The notes under the pieces: model-generated
The model's database searches: none
The model's input: the letters and a program-made list of their open reading frames with translations, nothing else
Told to the model about the DNA's origin: nothing
Program-made: the position numbers and the translations under genes
Assembly: GCA_965217775.1 (NCBI GenBank)
Contig: CBDCJH010000002.1
Coordinates: forward strand, 3,968,001 to 4,032,000
Length of the DNA: 64,000 nt
DNA from: Acidobacteriota bacterium
GTDB lineage: Bacteria; Acidobacteriota; UBA6911; RPQK01; JAJDTT01
Direction of reading: 5' to 3'
In this document: positions 39,647 through 49,112 of the stretch, piece after piece
Layout: each line of letters opens with the position of its first letter
Numbering within the stretch: position 1 is the stretch's first letter

Positions 39647-39883
39647 TCCGGTCGTCACTTTTTTGTCGTGCACCCAGTTCAGGAGTTCCCAATCCTATGG
39701 AGGGGATCGGGGAAGCAGTTTGGATCGAGGATCAGTTGGAGGGGGGCCGATTCCGTTGGAGCGACGCGCGATTCCGGTTTTGCTCTCACACCTTCGGACC
39801 TCCATTCGGGCCTCCATTCGGGCGCCCGCGAGGCTCCGGCGTGCGACGAATCGATGAAGTTTCTGGTCAGGCCGGGTGGGTTT

Positions 39884-42730
39884 CTATTTGCCGTAGGTGA
39901 CCCACGCCGGCGAACCCCACGCCATCTCTCCGTCCTTCTGCATCACCCGCAGATAGTAGTAACTTTCCCCCGGCAGCGGGTCCGTCTCGGCGAACTCGAA
40001 GGCAGTTTCGGGCTGACGGGGGGAGATGGTGTAGATGATCTCGTTGTTTCTGATGAGATCGACGCGCTCGATCCGATCGGTTCCGACGATCCGGGCCTTG
40101 ATCCTTATGGGGACCTCACTGGCGAACTGCTCACCCATCAAGTGCTCTCCATCCGAGCCCAAGTAGCGAACGTCGACGATGATATTGTCCGTAGCGGCAT
40201 AGGCGCGCCGGGCCCTGATGGCTTCAAGAAGACCGTCCAGGGACAGCTTTTCGGCAATCAGGCAAGCGTAGCTCATGTGAGTCGAGTGGTGATCCGAGGA
40301 GGCGACAAAACCCAGCCGCAATCCTTTGGCGAGCGCGTTCCAGGCCGAACCGAAGCGTCGGGGAGGGCTGTCGTCCTGGGCCAGGGTCGGACTCGGATCC
40401 AGCGTCTTCGGACTGGGGGCCCCAGGGTACTCGTAGGTGTCCCTCATCCCCTGAAAGATCTCCACCAGGTGCTCCACCTCCGGGTCGCTGTCCCGCCAGT
40501 CGGTTCCACTCCCCGTTGCCGTGGTGTGGGGAATGGAGATTCCGTCGTTTCGCTTCAAATACCAGAAGAGTCTTTCGGAGCCTTCCCAGCCTTCCCCCTC
40601 TCCCCAGGCCAGGATGGGAAGGATCCGGGCGCCTCGCCGGGTGAAGAAGATATTTCGGTGCCCGTTGGGATACTGGAGCGACCGCTCGTAGGCGTAGAAG
40701 GCGACGAAGTTCTGAAGTTGGAAGCCATCGGCGACCTTCTGGCTGAGCCACCAACTGTAGGGCTCCTCCACGTCATCGTTGTGATCCGTGATTCCCAGAA
40801 AATCCAACCGGGCCGCGTCAAGCGCATAGCGGTAGGCGTCCAGGAGGGACCCGTCCCTTCCTCCGTCCATGGAGAGATCCGTGTGCCGGTGCATATCGCC
40901 CCGGTAGATGGAATAGGTCTTCCCCCGCAGCCGGATCCGGTAGGATCGAATCCGTTTCACCTCCTGGTCCTCATCGGGATGGATACGGTCAAACGGCGGG
41001 GACGGTTCCGGGTGATAGGCCACCAAGTCCGGCTCCGAGGTTGCAGGCGGCCTGTCCGGCAGACCCACCAGGATCTGTCCGTGCTGCTGCAGGTAGAACT
41101 TGGTGCTGCGGTTGTCGGTGGGCCACACCGCCCAGAGGCGGCCCTCGGAGTCCAGCGTCGAGGACGGCCTCATGTTCTTGCGCCCACTGCTGTGAGGCAA
41201 ATCCATCAATTCGCCCCATCGGGAGCCGTCGTAACGGGTACAGGAGATCTCCCAGCGCGGCCAGTAGATGGAGCCTGGCGAATCCGGCCGCCGGCTGCTC
41301 ATGTGACGCAGGAACAGCCAGGGACTTCCATCCGAATCGATGGCCAGATGGGGCAGGTACCAATTCCCGCTCAGAACATCCGAGAGCCGCCCCGACGGGG
41401 TCAGCACCTTGTCTCCTTCCAGGCAGACCACCCGGATCGACCTGCCCTGTTGCAACCCCACACCCTGACGTTCCGCCAGCCTGCCCGTGTCCTTTCCCCA
41501 CTCCGGGTCCGACTCCTCCCAGGCCAACCACACTCGATTTCTCTCGTCGACAGCCACGGCGGAATAAGCCTCAAAGCGCTCGGTGTCCGCCACCGCCTGG
41601 ACTTTCCCCCAGGCGCCGTTTCTGAACTGCCGCAAGTAGACGTCGTAGCTGCCCGAGGCGTAGCCGTCCCAGGCGACGGCGATCGACCCGTCCGATCCGG
41701 CTGCCACGGTGGGGAGCCAGTTGTTCCCCGAGGCCGATGTCCCCTGGCTCACCGGGGTCTCCTCCGACCACTGTCGGCCGTCAAAGCTCTTGGCAAAGAT
41801 CTGGCTGTATTCGCCCACCGTCTTCTGCCAGAAAACCCACAGGTGGCCACGGGAGTCGGAAACGGCCCGATGGTGCAGGTCGGGAGCAGGATCGTCGGTC
41901 AGCCTTTCGACCGAAGACCAGTCCGCCTCGTCCAGGAAACGCCCGTACAGGTCCCAGTTGCCTTCAATCTGCATGGACCAGATCACCCAGACGCGCCCGT
42001 TGACGTCCTCTCCAACAGCGGTCCGGAAGACGTCGGCCCCACGGGTGAGGACGAAGACGGGCCCCCAGGCGTCCCCCATTTTCCTGCGGGCGCAGACCGC
42101 GTCGGCCTCGTCCCGGTACTCCTGCCAGGCGACCCAGAGATTCCCCGAAGCCGACGACAGAATGGAGGGGAAGTCCTGCTGAGCCGTCCGCTCCGCGGCA
42201 ATTCTCGCGGCAGGGGGCACCCGCTCCAGACGAACCGCTCCGTCCAGGAACAGCCTCGGCTCAAGGGGCTGGAGCCGATCGGGATGAAAGCTGAAGTCTC
42301 CTTGCTCGGTCCGCACCCTGACGGGAGCCTGTCCGGGGTTGTGCCAGACGTGCAGCAGGAGGGTTGGAGACTGCAGCCGGAACTCCTTGCTGTAGCGCAT
42401 CCAGACCTGGCGGGTGCTGCAGACCCAGCTCAGGGCGTTGCGAACGAAGTCGTTGGGGAACTTCGGGTCCTGGGAAAGCCCGTAATTGTGGGCCCGAAAG
42501 CGGTCGGCCTCGACCTGGAACCTCTGTCCTTCGAAAGGCAGAAGATACCCATCCCAGGACTGCTGAACGGTGTCCTTCAAGCCAAAGGTCAGCCGGAAGG
42601 AGCTGGACGGAAAGGAAAGGTCACTGGCGGACACCGCCTCGACCCCTTGCTCTGCTCGCGGTGGGAAACTGCGGCAGGCCCCGGTCCAGAACACCGCCGC
42701 CAACAGAAGGGATAAAGGGAACCGTTTCAC
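39884..42730 (-). CDS. Large lipoprotein: propeller repeats plus C-terminal PHP-like (CehA/McbA/DUF3604-type) metallohydrolase
   Basis: Leader ..FWTGAC; GDMHRHT, LDFLGITDH, GHRN, IPH, ASSDH, RRAYAAT, AWGSPAW. Confidence 0.72.
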   Translation of the reverse strand: MKRFPLSLLLAAVFWTGACRSFPPRAEQGVEAVSASDLSFPSSSFRLTFGLKDTVQQSWDGYLLPFEGQRFQVEADRFRAHNYGLSQDPKFPNDFVRNALSWVCSTRQVWMRYSKEFRLQSPTLLLHVWHNPGQAPVRVRTEQGDFSFHPDRLQPLEPRLFLDGAVRLERVPPAARIAAERTAQQDFPSILSSASGNLWVAWQEYRDEADAVCARRKMGDAWGPVFVLTRGADVFRTAVGEDVNGRVWVIWSMQIEGNWDLYGRFLDEADWSSVERLTDDPAPDLHHRAVSDSRGHLWVFWQKTVGEYSQIFAKSFDGRQWSEETPVSQGTSASGNNWLPTVAAGSDGSIAVAWDGYASGSYDVYLRQFRNGAWGKVQAVADTERFEAYSAVAVDERNRVWLAWEESDPEWGKDTGRLAERQGVGLQQGRSIRVVCLEGDKVLTPSGRLSDVLSGNWYLPHLAIDSDGSPWLFLRHMSSRRPDSPGSIYWPRWEISCTRYDGSRWGELMDLPHSSGRKNMRPSSTLDSEGRLWAVWPTDNRSTKFYLQQHGQILVGLPDRPPATSEPDLVAYHPEPSPPFDRIHPDEDQEVKRIRSYRIRLRGKTYSIYRGDMHRHTDLSMDGGRDGSLLDAYRYALDAARLDFLGITDHNDDVEEPYSWWLSQKVADGFQLQNFVAFYAYERSLQYPNGHRNIFFTRRGARILPILAWGEGEGWEGSERLFWYLKRNDGISIPHTTATGSGTDWRDSDPEVEHLVEIFQGMRDTYEYPGAPSPKTLDPSPTLAQDDSPPRRFGSAWNALAKGLRLGFVASSDHHSTHMSYACLIAEKLSLDGLLEAIRARRAYAATDNIIVDVRYLGSDGEHLMGEQFASEVPIRIKARIVGTDRIERVDLIRNNEIIYTISPRQPETAFEFAETDPLPGESYYYLRVMQKDGEMAWGSPAWVTYGK

Positions 42731-43061
42731 CCCGCCTTCCCCCATGGACTACCTCCTTGCCGATACGGCCGTATGCCGATGGGGTGGAGTGGTACCAGTC
42801 CGTGGTGAAAGTCCCGCGAGCACCGAGACCGGTCCTGCGCCCGCCGGACAAGGCGCAACGGAGGGAGCATACCGGGAGTATGTGAGCCGATAGCAACGCA
42901 GTCCGCGCACGATGCAGGGACGGTCGAATGCCGTGACGACTTTTGCCACGGGCTGGTACACTCCAGGTTCATACGGTCGCGTTCCTCATGTTTTGTAAGT
43001 CGTTGATATAACGTCACTTGAATCACAGAACGCGGACCTGTTCAAGTTTTCTTGGAGAGAA

Positions 43062-44078
43062 ATGCGGTTCAGCGCAGTCGAAACCATGTTCCCCGTCGTT
43101 GTTCAGGCGGGTCTTCTACTGATGGCCTCGGGTCCCCTTTGGGCCCAGGATGATTCTTCCTTTGCTCTCCATACCTTCAATCACGATGATCGGAGGATTC
43201 GCTACCTGGACCAGGGCACAGGCAGGGTGTTGTTTCTCGTCCATGGCATGGCCGCCGATCACCGGGACTGGAAGTTCCAGATTCCGGTTCTGACGAGAAA
43301 GTACCGGGTGGTGGCCCTAGGAGCCTGCGCCGCAGAAATCAATCTACTGCGAAAGCGGGGAATCGGTCCATATTTCCCCGATTTCTCGGCGAATAGAACG
43401 ACTATGCACCTCCAAATCGTGAAAATCTGGCCTCGATTCCCCACTTTCTCGCTACGATCATTTCTACGGCGCAGACTCCTAGATCTTGCCTTCTTCGGCG
43501 AGAGCGATCCTGGACCGCTACCCCACACGACCCGCAATCACGCCCGGGATTGCCTGGCGCTGCTGGATCATCTGGCCATTGAGAAGGCGGTCCTGATGGG
43601 ACACAGTCTGGGGTCTTGGATCATCCGGGAAATGTACGGGATGCGCCCCCGGTTGGCGGAAGCACTGGTGGATGTGGACGGCGGCGGTCTGGCCGACCCC
43701 GCCATGGAGCTTCTGGGTCTCGAAAAGGGAATCTACGGCCCCGGGTCGCCCCCTTATCCCAGTGCCTTCAACCTGAAGCGGTTAAGACTTCACAAAGAGC
43801 GCGTCGCGCTCCTGAGAGAGCAGTTCGGAGGGCGAAACCCAAGGGCCCAAAGAGACCGTTCTCCTGCGGGCAAGTGGTGCCGGGTCCCGGTCTTGGTCGT
43901 CCTCTGCTCTTACGGAGCCTTCTCGCAGGATGACGTCCCGGAGGGATGGGTGGAAACGAACCTCCCGTCCACCGACGCCAGTCTGGTGGTGATCCGCGAA
44001 TCGGGGCACTGGGTGACGCTGGAACGGCCCCAAGAGCTCAACCGAATCCTGCTGGGGTTCTTGAGCCGGCTACCCTGA
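43062..44078 (+). CDS. Alpha/beta hydrolase with a 54-aa in-frame insertion
   Basis: LVHG oxyanion motif, GHSLG nucleophile, SGHW..LERP; the YRVVAL|DLAFFGESD motif is split by the insert. Confidence 0.85.
   Translation: MRFSAVETMFPVVVQAGLLLMASGPLWAQDDSSFALHTFNHDDRRIRYLDQGTGRVLFLVHGMAADHRDWKFQIPVLTRKYRVVALGACAAEINLLRKRGIGPYFPDFSANRTTMHLQIVKIWPRFPTFSLRSFLRRRLLDLAFFGESDPGPLPHTTRNHARDCLALLDHLAIEKAVLMGHSLGSWIIREMYGMRPRLAEALVDVDGGGLADPAMELLGLEKGIYGPGSPPYPSAFNLKRLRLHKERVALLREQFGGRNPRAQRDRSPAGKWCRVPVLVVLCSYGAFSQDDVPEGWVETNLPSTDASLVVIRESGHWVTLERPQELNRILLGFLSRLP
43317..43482. mobile_element. MITE-like palindromic element flanked by CTAG
   Basis: CTAG at 43317 and 43479 (162 bp apart); ends CTAGGAGCCTGCGCCGCAGAAAT versus reverse complement CTAGGAGTCTGCGCCGTAGAAAT (21/23); imperfect inverted arms continue inward. 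Confidence 0.85.
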
Positions 44079-44291
44079 GGAACCATTGGACGGGCATCAA
44101 CCAGCCCGCGTTTCCCAGGAGCCCGCGCCGCAGGTGCCGATGCCCTGGGTGGTGTATCTTTGATTCCCCGCAGAAGCGGATCGACGGTCGCGTTGTAGGC
44201 TGCGGCTCGTTCGAATCGATGCTGCTCGATGTGACAAGTATTTCAGGCGGGAGCAAGAGCCCTCGTCATCCCGTGCTGGAAAGGGTTTGAC

Positions 44292-45074
44292 ATGAGTGAC
44301 AAACCAGGATCGGTTCCCATGGTCGTCGATCTCGACGGGCGGACGGCGGTGGTCACCGGCGGCGGCACCGGCATCGGGCGCGCCGTGTCCATCGGGCTCG
44401 CCCGCTGCGGTGCATCGGTGGTGGTCAATTACAGCCGGAGCCTCCAGGAGGCGAACGAGACCGTCGAGGAGATCCGGCGGGCGGGAGGCCGGGCGATCGC
44501 CGTGCGGGCGGACGTGACCGATGAGCAGCAGGTGGCGGACCTCATAGCGGCCGCCGTGAAGAGATTCGGCGGCCTGGACATCCTGGTGGCCAACGCCGGA
44601 GCTCCCGGTCACGGACGTCCGACCAGCGAACTGACCGAGCAGCAGTGGGAGCATGATCTGGCCACCAACTGCCGGAGCGCTTTCTTCTGCGTCAAGCACG
44701 CCATGGCTCAGCTGCCCGACGGGCGGGGACGCATCATCCTCACCGGTTCCATGAGCGCCCGCACCGGCGCCACGCCGGGCGCCCTGACCTACGTCGCCTC
44801 CAAGGCCGCCCTCGAAGGCATGACCCGCAACTGGGCCCAGGAATTCGGACCTCGCGGGATTACCGTCAACACCATCGCACCCGGCATCGTCCGGACCCGC
44901 CTTCAGGCCCGGGCCTCCGCGGAACGCTACCAGTACCTGATCGGGCGAATTCCGCTGGGGCGCGACGGACAACCCGAGGATTGCGTCGGCGCTTTTCTGT
45001 TGCTGGCCGGGGACGACGGAGCCTTCATCACGGGCCAGGTCATCGAGGTGGGCGGCGGAATGCTGGCTTCGTGA
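44292..45074 (+). CDS. Short-chain dehydrogenase/reductase
   Basis: TGGGTGIG, ANAG, YVASK, VNTIAPG, FITGQ. Confidence 0.93.
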   Translation: MSDKPGSVPMVVDLDGRTAVVTGGGTGIGRAVSIGLARCGASVVVNYSRSLQEANETVEEIRRAGGRAIAVRADVTDEQQVADLIAAAVKRFGGLDILVANAGAPGHGRPTSELTEQQWEHDLATNCRSAFFCVKHAMAQLPDGRGRIILTGSMSARTGATPGALTYVASKAALEGMTRNWAQEFGPRGITVNTIAPGIVRTRLQARASAERYQYLIGRIPLGRDGQPEDCVGAFLLLAGDDGAFITGQVIEVGGGMLAS

Positions 45075-45131
45075 ACCGGCCGTCTCTCGCCCATTCACGA
45101 CCATTCACAATAATGAGTAAGGGAATAAGGG

Positions 45132-46067
45132 ATGCGCATCGCGCTGGTGGTCGAACCCATGTCGCGGCAGAACCTGAGGCTGGCGGCCCAGATCGGTGTC
45201 ACCGACATCGTGGGAAGGTACCCGGGTCCGGGACTGGACTCTCTACAGGCTCTCAAGACCAGGGTGGAAGACGCCCGGCTGCGGCTTTCGGTCATGGAGG
45301 GCTATCTACCGCTGCCTTCGATCATTCGCCAAGACGCCCACAGCCACGAGTCGGTTGAGGAAGTCATCCGGGTCATACGAAACATGGGCCGTCTGGGAAT
45401 CCCGGTGCTCTGCTACAACTTCATGTGGGCCGGAGACCTGACCCGCACCAGTTGGGACGAACCGGACCGGGGCGGATCCCGGGTGAACGCCTTCGACGAC
45501 GGCAAGTTCGACCACACTCCCGACCCCGCCTCCGGGTGTGTCCCTGCCTCCGTTCTCTGGGAGCGGCTGGGGCAATTCCTGGAACGAATCGTCCCCGCAG
45601 CCGAGGCATCGGGCGTCACGCTGGCCATGCATCCGGACGATCCACCCTTGGGAGAGATGCGCGGCGTGGCCCACATCATGAGCCGGCCCCGCGATTTCCA
45701 ACGGCTGGTGAGTCTGGTCCCCAGCCCGGTGAACGGCATCTGTTTCTGTGTCGGATGTTTCACCGAAATGGGCGTGGACGTGCCCGCGACGATCCGCCGT
45801 CTGGGCCGGCACATCAAGTATGTCCACTACCGCAACGTCGCCGGATGCGTCCCCGCCTTTCGGGAAACCTGGCTCGACTGCGGGCACACGAACATGGTGG
45901 AGGCCATGCGGGCGCTCCGGGAGATCGGATTCGACGGTCCCATGCGCCCGGACCACGTGCCCAAGTTGGAAGGAGAGTCCGGTTCGGCCACCGGCTACAC
46001 ACTGTTGGGCCGGCTCTATGCCGTCGGCTACATGAAGGGTGTGCTCCAGGCCATCGATACCTCCTGA
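45132..46067 (+). CDS. uxuA: Mannonate dehydratase (UxuA) family
   Basis: GIPVLCYNFM, AMHPDDPP, NGICFC, HYRNV, RPDHVP, GRLYAVGYMKG. Confidence 0.82.
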   Translation: MRIALVVEPMSRQNLRLAAQIGVTDIVGRYPGPGLDSLQALKTRVEDARLRLSVMEGYLPLPSIIRQDAHSHESVEEVIRVIRNMGRLGIPVLCYNFMWAGDLTRTSWDEPDRGGSRVNAFDDGKFDHTPDPASGCVPASVLWERLGQFLERIVPAAEASGVTLAMHPDDPPLGEMRGVAHIMSRPRDFQRLVSLVPSPVNGICFCVGCFTEMGVDVPATIRRLGRHIKYVHYRNVAGCVPAFRETWLDCGHTNMVEAMRALREIGFDGPMRPDHVPKLEGESGSATGYTLLGRLYAVGYMKGVLQAIDTS

Positions 46068-46141
46068 CCCGGATCGAGCCAGCCAGCGAGGGTCCCATGA
46101 CCCCGCGGCTGCGGCATTCTTCGCCGCGAGCCGGAAGGGCC

Positions 46142-47212
46142 TCACCTCTGGGAGCGGATCAGCAGATAGAGAAACATGGGGCCGCCCAGTAGAGCTGTCA
46201 GAACCCCCACCGGCAGTTCCACCCCTCCAATGAGCCTGGACCGGACCACGCAGTCACAGACGAGCAGAAACCCGCCGCCCACCAGGAACGAAGCCGCCAT
46301 CACGAGTCGCTGATCGGTTCCCACCAGGCGGCGCACCATGTGCGGCACGATCAGACCCACGAAACCGATGGGCCCTACCGCCGAAACGACGCCGGCGACG
46401 GCCAGGGAGCCGAACACGAAGACCAGGATCCGGACCCGCCGGACCGACACGCCTCGTCCCGCCGCGTAGTCATCTCCCAGAGCCAAGGGGTTGAGCTGGT
46501 GCGACAGCCAGACGATCACCGCCACGCCCGGCAGCACGAACGGGAGAATGCTCCAGAGGTCGCCCCAAACGTAAAGGGAGTTCAAACTTCCCATGAGCCA
46601 GTGGTCCAGCACATGCAGGTCATAGGGATTGGCGGCCTGATGTCGCATCAACAGGATGAGAGCGCCGCAGATCAGGTTCACCGTGACCCCGGCCAGCAAC
46701 AGGGTCGCCATGCTGAGGCGTCCGGCCAGTCTCGCGATGCCGTAGATCAGTACGATGTCCAGGACCGCCGCCAGGTAGGCGGCCACCTGAATCGGAGAAA
46801 AGGGTCCCCAGGTGAGCCCCGAACCGAATCCGATGATGGCGCAGAAGGCGCCGACGGCCGCCGCCGTGGAGACCCCCAGAGTCGACGGCGCCACCAGGGG
46901 ATTGCGCAGGATCGCCTGCAGCGCCGCGCCGATGACTGCCAGTCCGGCGCCGGCTACGACACCCATCAAGGAACGGAGAATCCGATTGGCGACGATGCTG
47001 CGCAGGACCTGATTCTGATCCCTTTCGGGCAGTTCCTCCGGCAAAGGGGCCGCGAAGCCGTGCCGGGAGATCAATTGCAGCCCCGACAGTGCGTCGACCC
47101 CTTCGGCTCCGAAGAACGGGGAGATCGCCAGAGCCGTGACCAGAAAGAGGGAGCACATGCCCAGGGTTCCCAGCACATGGACGCTTCGATCGGTGGAGTC
47201 GTCCTTGATCAT
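46142..47212 (-). CDS. FecCD/BtuC-type ABC permease
   Basis: LQAILRNPLVAPSTLGVS, WLMGSL, GPIGFVGLIVPH, LPVGVLTALLGGP. Confidence 0.92.
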   Translation of the reverse strand: MIKDDSTDRSVHVLGTLGMCSLFLVTALAISPFFGAEGVDALSGLQLISRHGFAAPLPEELPERDQNQVLRSIVANRILRSLMGVVAGAGLAVIGAALQAILRNPLVAPSTLGVSTAAAVGAFCAIIGFGSGLTWGPFSPIQVAAYLAAVLDIVLIYGIARLAGRLSMATLLLAGVTVNLICGALILLMRHQAANPYDLHVLDHWLMGSLNSLYVWGDLWSILPFVLPGVAVIVWLSHQLNPLALGDDYAAGRGVSVRRVRILVFVFGSLAVAGVVSAVGPIGFVGLIVPHMVRRLVGTDQRLVMAASFLVGGGFLLVCDCVVRSRLIGGVELPVGVLTALLGGPMFLYLLIRSQR

Positions 47213-48084
47213 CTCGGGGATACCCCGGGGTCTTGAAACCGGGAACCGGGCAGGACCACCGGAAGTCCGCTCCTGGCATCGCGGGTGACTTCAACGTCGC
47301 TGCCGTAGGATTCCGCCACCAGGGCCTGGGTCAACACCTGTTCGGGCCTGCCTTGGGCCCGGATCCTTCGGTCCGAGAGCAGGTAGATGACGTCGGCGAA
47401 ACGGGAGGCCAGATTCAGGTCGTGGGTGATGCAGAGAATGCCCCTGCCGGCTTGGGCCAGCCGCTTGAGGCGCTGTGAAAACGTCGCCAGATGGTGGACG
47501 TCCAGCCCCTTCCCCGGCTCGTCCAGCAGCAAGAGCGAGCTTTGCTGGGCCAGGATCCCGGCCAGGAGAACCGCTTGCTGCTCGCCGCCGCTGAGCGATT
47601 CGAACACCCGATTCCTCAGGCGCGCCACTCCCATTCGTTCCAGCGCCTGGCCCACGATCTTCCGGTCCTGCTCACCGGGCAGGGTCCACCATCGCTGGTG
47701 GGGAAAGCGGCCCAGAAGGACCACCTCCTGCACGGTGTACCCCTCAGGCGGCAGGACCTCCTGAGGCAGATAGGCGACGGTCCGGGCCCGGCCCAGGGGG
47801 GAGAGGTCAGCCAAGTCTCGCGGGCGTTTTCCGGACCCCGACTGGAGTTGGACGATCCCCTGTGCCGGCCGCAACAGACCGGCCAGGATCTTCATCAGAG
47901 TGCTCTTTCCGGCGCCGTTGGGACCGATGAGCATGGTGAGCGCTCCCGGCTCGACCGACAGTTGCACGTCCTCCAGCAATGATTCCTGCCCGGCGTAGCG
48001 GAAGGTCACATCCTGCGCGGTCAGGGAGAATGGAGCGTCCAACGGTTCTCCAGGCCCTCTTCTCTCATTTCCCACGTTGGACAA
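47209..48084 (-). CDS. BtuD/FecE-type ABC ATP-binding protein
   Basis: GPNGAGKST, LSGGEQQ, LLLDEP, THDLNLA. Confidence 0.92.
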   Translation of the reverse strand: MSNVGNERRGPGEPLDAPFSLTAQDVTFRYAGQESLLEDVQLSVEPGALTMLIGPNGAGKSTLMKILAGLLRPAQGIVQLQSGSGKRPRDLADLSPLGRARTVAYLPQEVLPPEGYTVQEVVLLGRFPHQRWWTLPGEQDRKIVGQALERMGVARLRNRVFESLSGGEQQAVLLAGILAQQSSLLLLDEPGKGLDVHHLATFSQRLKRLAQAGRGILCITHDLNLASRFADVIYLLSDRRIRAQGRPEQVLTQALVAESYGSDVEVTRDARSGLPVVLPGSRFQDPGVSPR

Positions 48085-48110
48085 ATCCCAAATCCCAAAT
48101 CACAGATCGC
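48083..48110 (+). repeat. Degenerate heptamer tandem repeat
   Basis: AAATCCC AAATCCC AAATCAC AGATCGC. Confidence 0.6.
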
Positions 48111-48137
48111 GAACTGAAGCGCGGAGAGCCCCCAAGA

Positions 48138-48162
48138 GGGCACCCACAAGGGGTCGCCCTAC
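48138..48162 (-). repeat. GTAG-family REP-like palindrome
   Basis: Minus strand GTAGGGCGACCCCTTGTGGGTGCCC; its GTAG contains the stop codon of the upstream gene. Confidence 0.6.
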
Positions 48163-49112
48163 GTTCCTTCATGGATGGCCTGGGCGATCAGACGGGCGGC
48201 CTGGGGAAGGCGCGGACCGGAACGCATGAGGAAACTTCCGTTCAAGACCCGGATCCGGCCGTCGCGGACCGCCGGCAATGTGGGGTGCATCCGCCATTCC
48301 GCCAGGAACCCATTTTTCACGTTCTCCGGAAGCTGGTCCCGGGAATCCAGCACCAGGATGACCTGAGGCCGGCGCACCAGAACCGTCTCCAGGCTCACCA
48401 TGGGCCACGGCTTTTCCACGTCGGCCGTGATGGAGCGTGCGCCTGCCCACTCGACCAATTCGGTCAGGAAGGAGCCCTTCCCCGCAGAGAACACCTGGTG
48501 GCTCTTGCTGCCCATCACCAGCAGGACGTCGAGTCGAGGCCGACCGGCATAGTGTTGCCGAATCTCCTCCAACTCTCGCCGCAGGCGCGCGGCCACGGGC
48601 TCCCCGGCCCCGGAATTTCCAAGAGCATCAGCCAACCGGACAGGGACTTGGAGCACGTCCCGGACCGAGGTCGATTCCAGGGCCAGAAACCGGATTCGCT
48701 TTCGGCGCGCGATGCGCTCCAGCTTGAACCCCTTTCCCAGCGCCACGATCAGGTCCGGCCGGAGGGCCAGGATCTTCTCCACGTTCGGTTCGACAGCGGT
48801 CCCGACCACGGGCAATCGGGCGGCCTCGGCCGGATGATCGCAGTAGGGCGACACCCCCACGATCCTGTCCTGCAAACCCATGGAGAAGAGAAATTCCACG
48901 ATGCTGGGGCCGTAGGCGATGACTCGCCGGACCTCAGACTCCGGTTCCGAAGCGGGTGAAGGTCCGCCCGGACGATCGGTTCGATCCGGCTCGCATCCCG
49001 CCAGCAGGAGCGCCGGCAAGAGAATCCGTACGCCTCGCCGGAGTCGATTTGCCAGCACGTCGAATGTCCACCCGGGCCCGGCCCCAATCGGGACCGCCGC
49101 CGCGGTCTCCAC
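48159..49112 (-). CDS. BtuF-like periplasmic binding lipoprotein
   Basis: LLAGC lipobox, RRVIAYGPSIVEFL, VGVSPYCDHP, PNVEKILALRPDL, RSGPRL. Confidence 0.88.
   Translation of the reverse strand: METAAAVPIGAGPGWTFDVLANRLRRGVRILLPALLLAGCEPDRTDRPGGPSPASEPESEVRRVIAYGPSIVEFLFSMGLQDRIVGVSPYCDHPAEAARLPVVGTAVEPNVEKILALRPDLIVALGKGFKLERIARRKRIRFLALESTSVRDVLQVPVRLADALGNSGAGEPVAARLRRELEEIRQHYAGRPRLDVLLVMGSKSHQVFSAGKGSFLTELVEWAGARSITADVEKPWPMVSLETVLVRRPQVILVLDSRDQLPENVKNGFLAEWRMHPTLPAVRDGRIRVLNGSFLMRSGPRLPQAARLIAQAIHEGT

Larger units (their letters stand above)
37829..39675 (+). mobile_element. ISKra4-family insertion sequence, 1847 bp
   Basis: 21-bp TIRs GGGTGCACGACACGAAAGTGA (37829-37849) and the reverse complement of 39655-39675, GGGTGCACGACAAAAAAGTGA (19/21 match); 9-bp TSD AGTTCAGGA at 37820-37828 and 39676-39684. 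Confidence 0.92.

Noticed and set aside
39790-39825. Short tandem repeat CCTCCATTCGGG x2; similar CCCCGATCC duplication near 26500-26522
   Set aside because: Two copies only, no spacers; likely slippage.
39668-42715. 1015-aa plus-strand ORF, and similar long antisense ORFs (7787-8860, 10126-11349, 17319-18884, 34966-36354, 54023-55807)
   Set aside because: Shadow frames opposite well-supported genes, expected with high GC3; no recognisable motifs.
42994-43020. AT-rich imperfect palindrome GTAAGTCGTTGATATAACGTCACTT in a divergent promoter region
   Set aside because: Could be an operator or recombination site, but no partner copy or cognate protein is visible.
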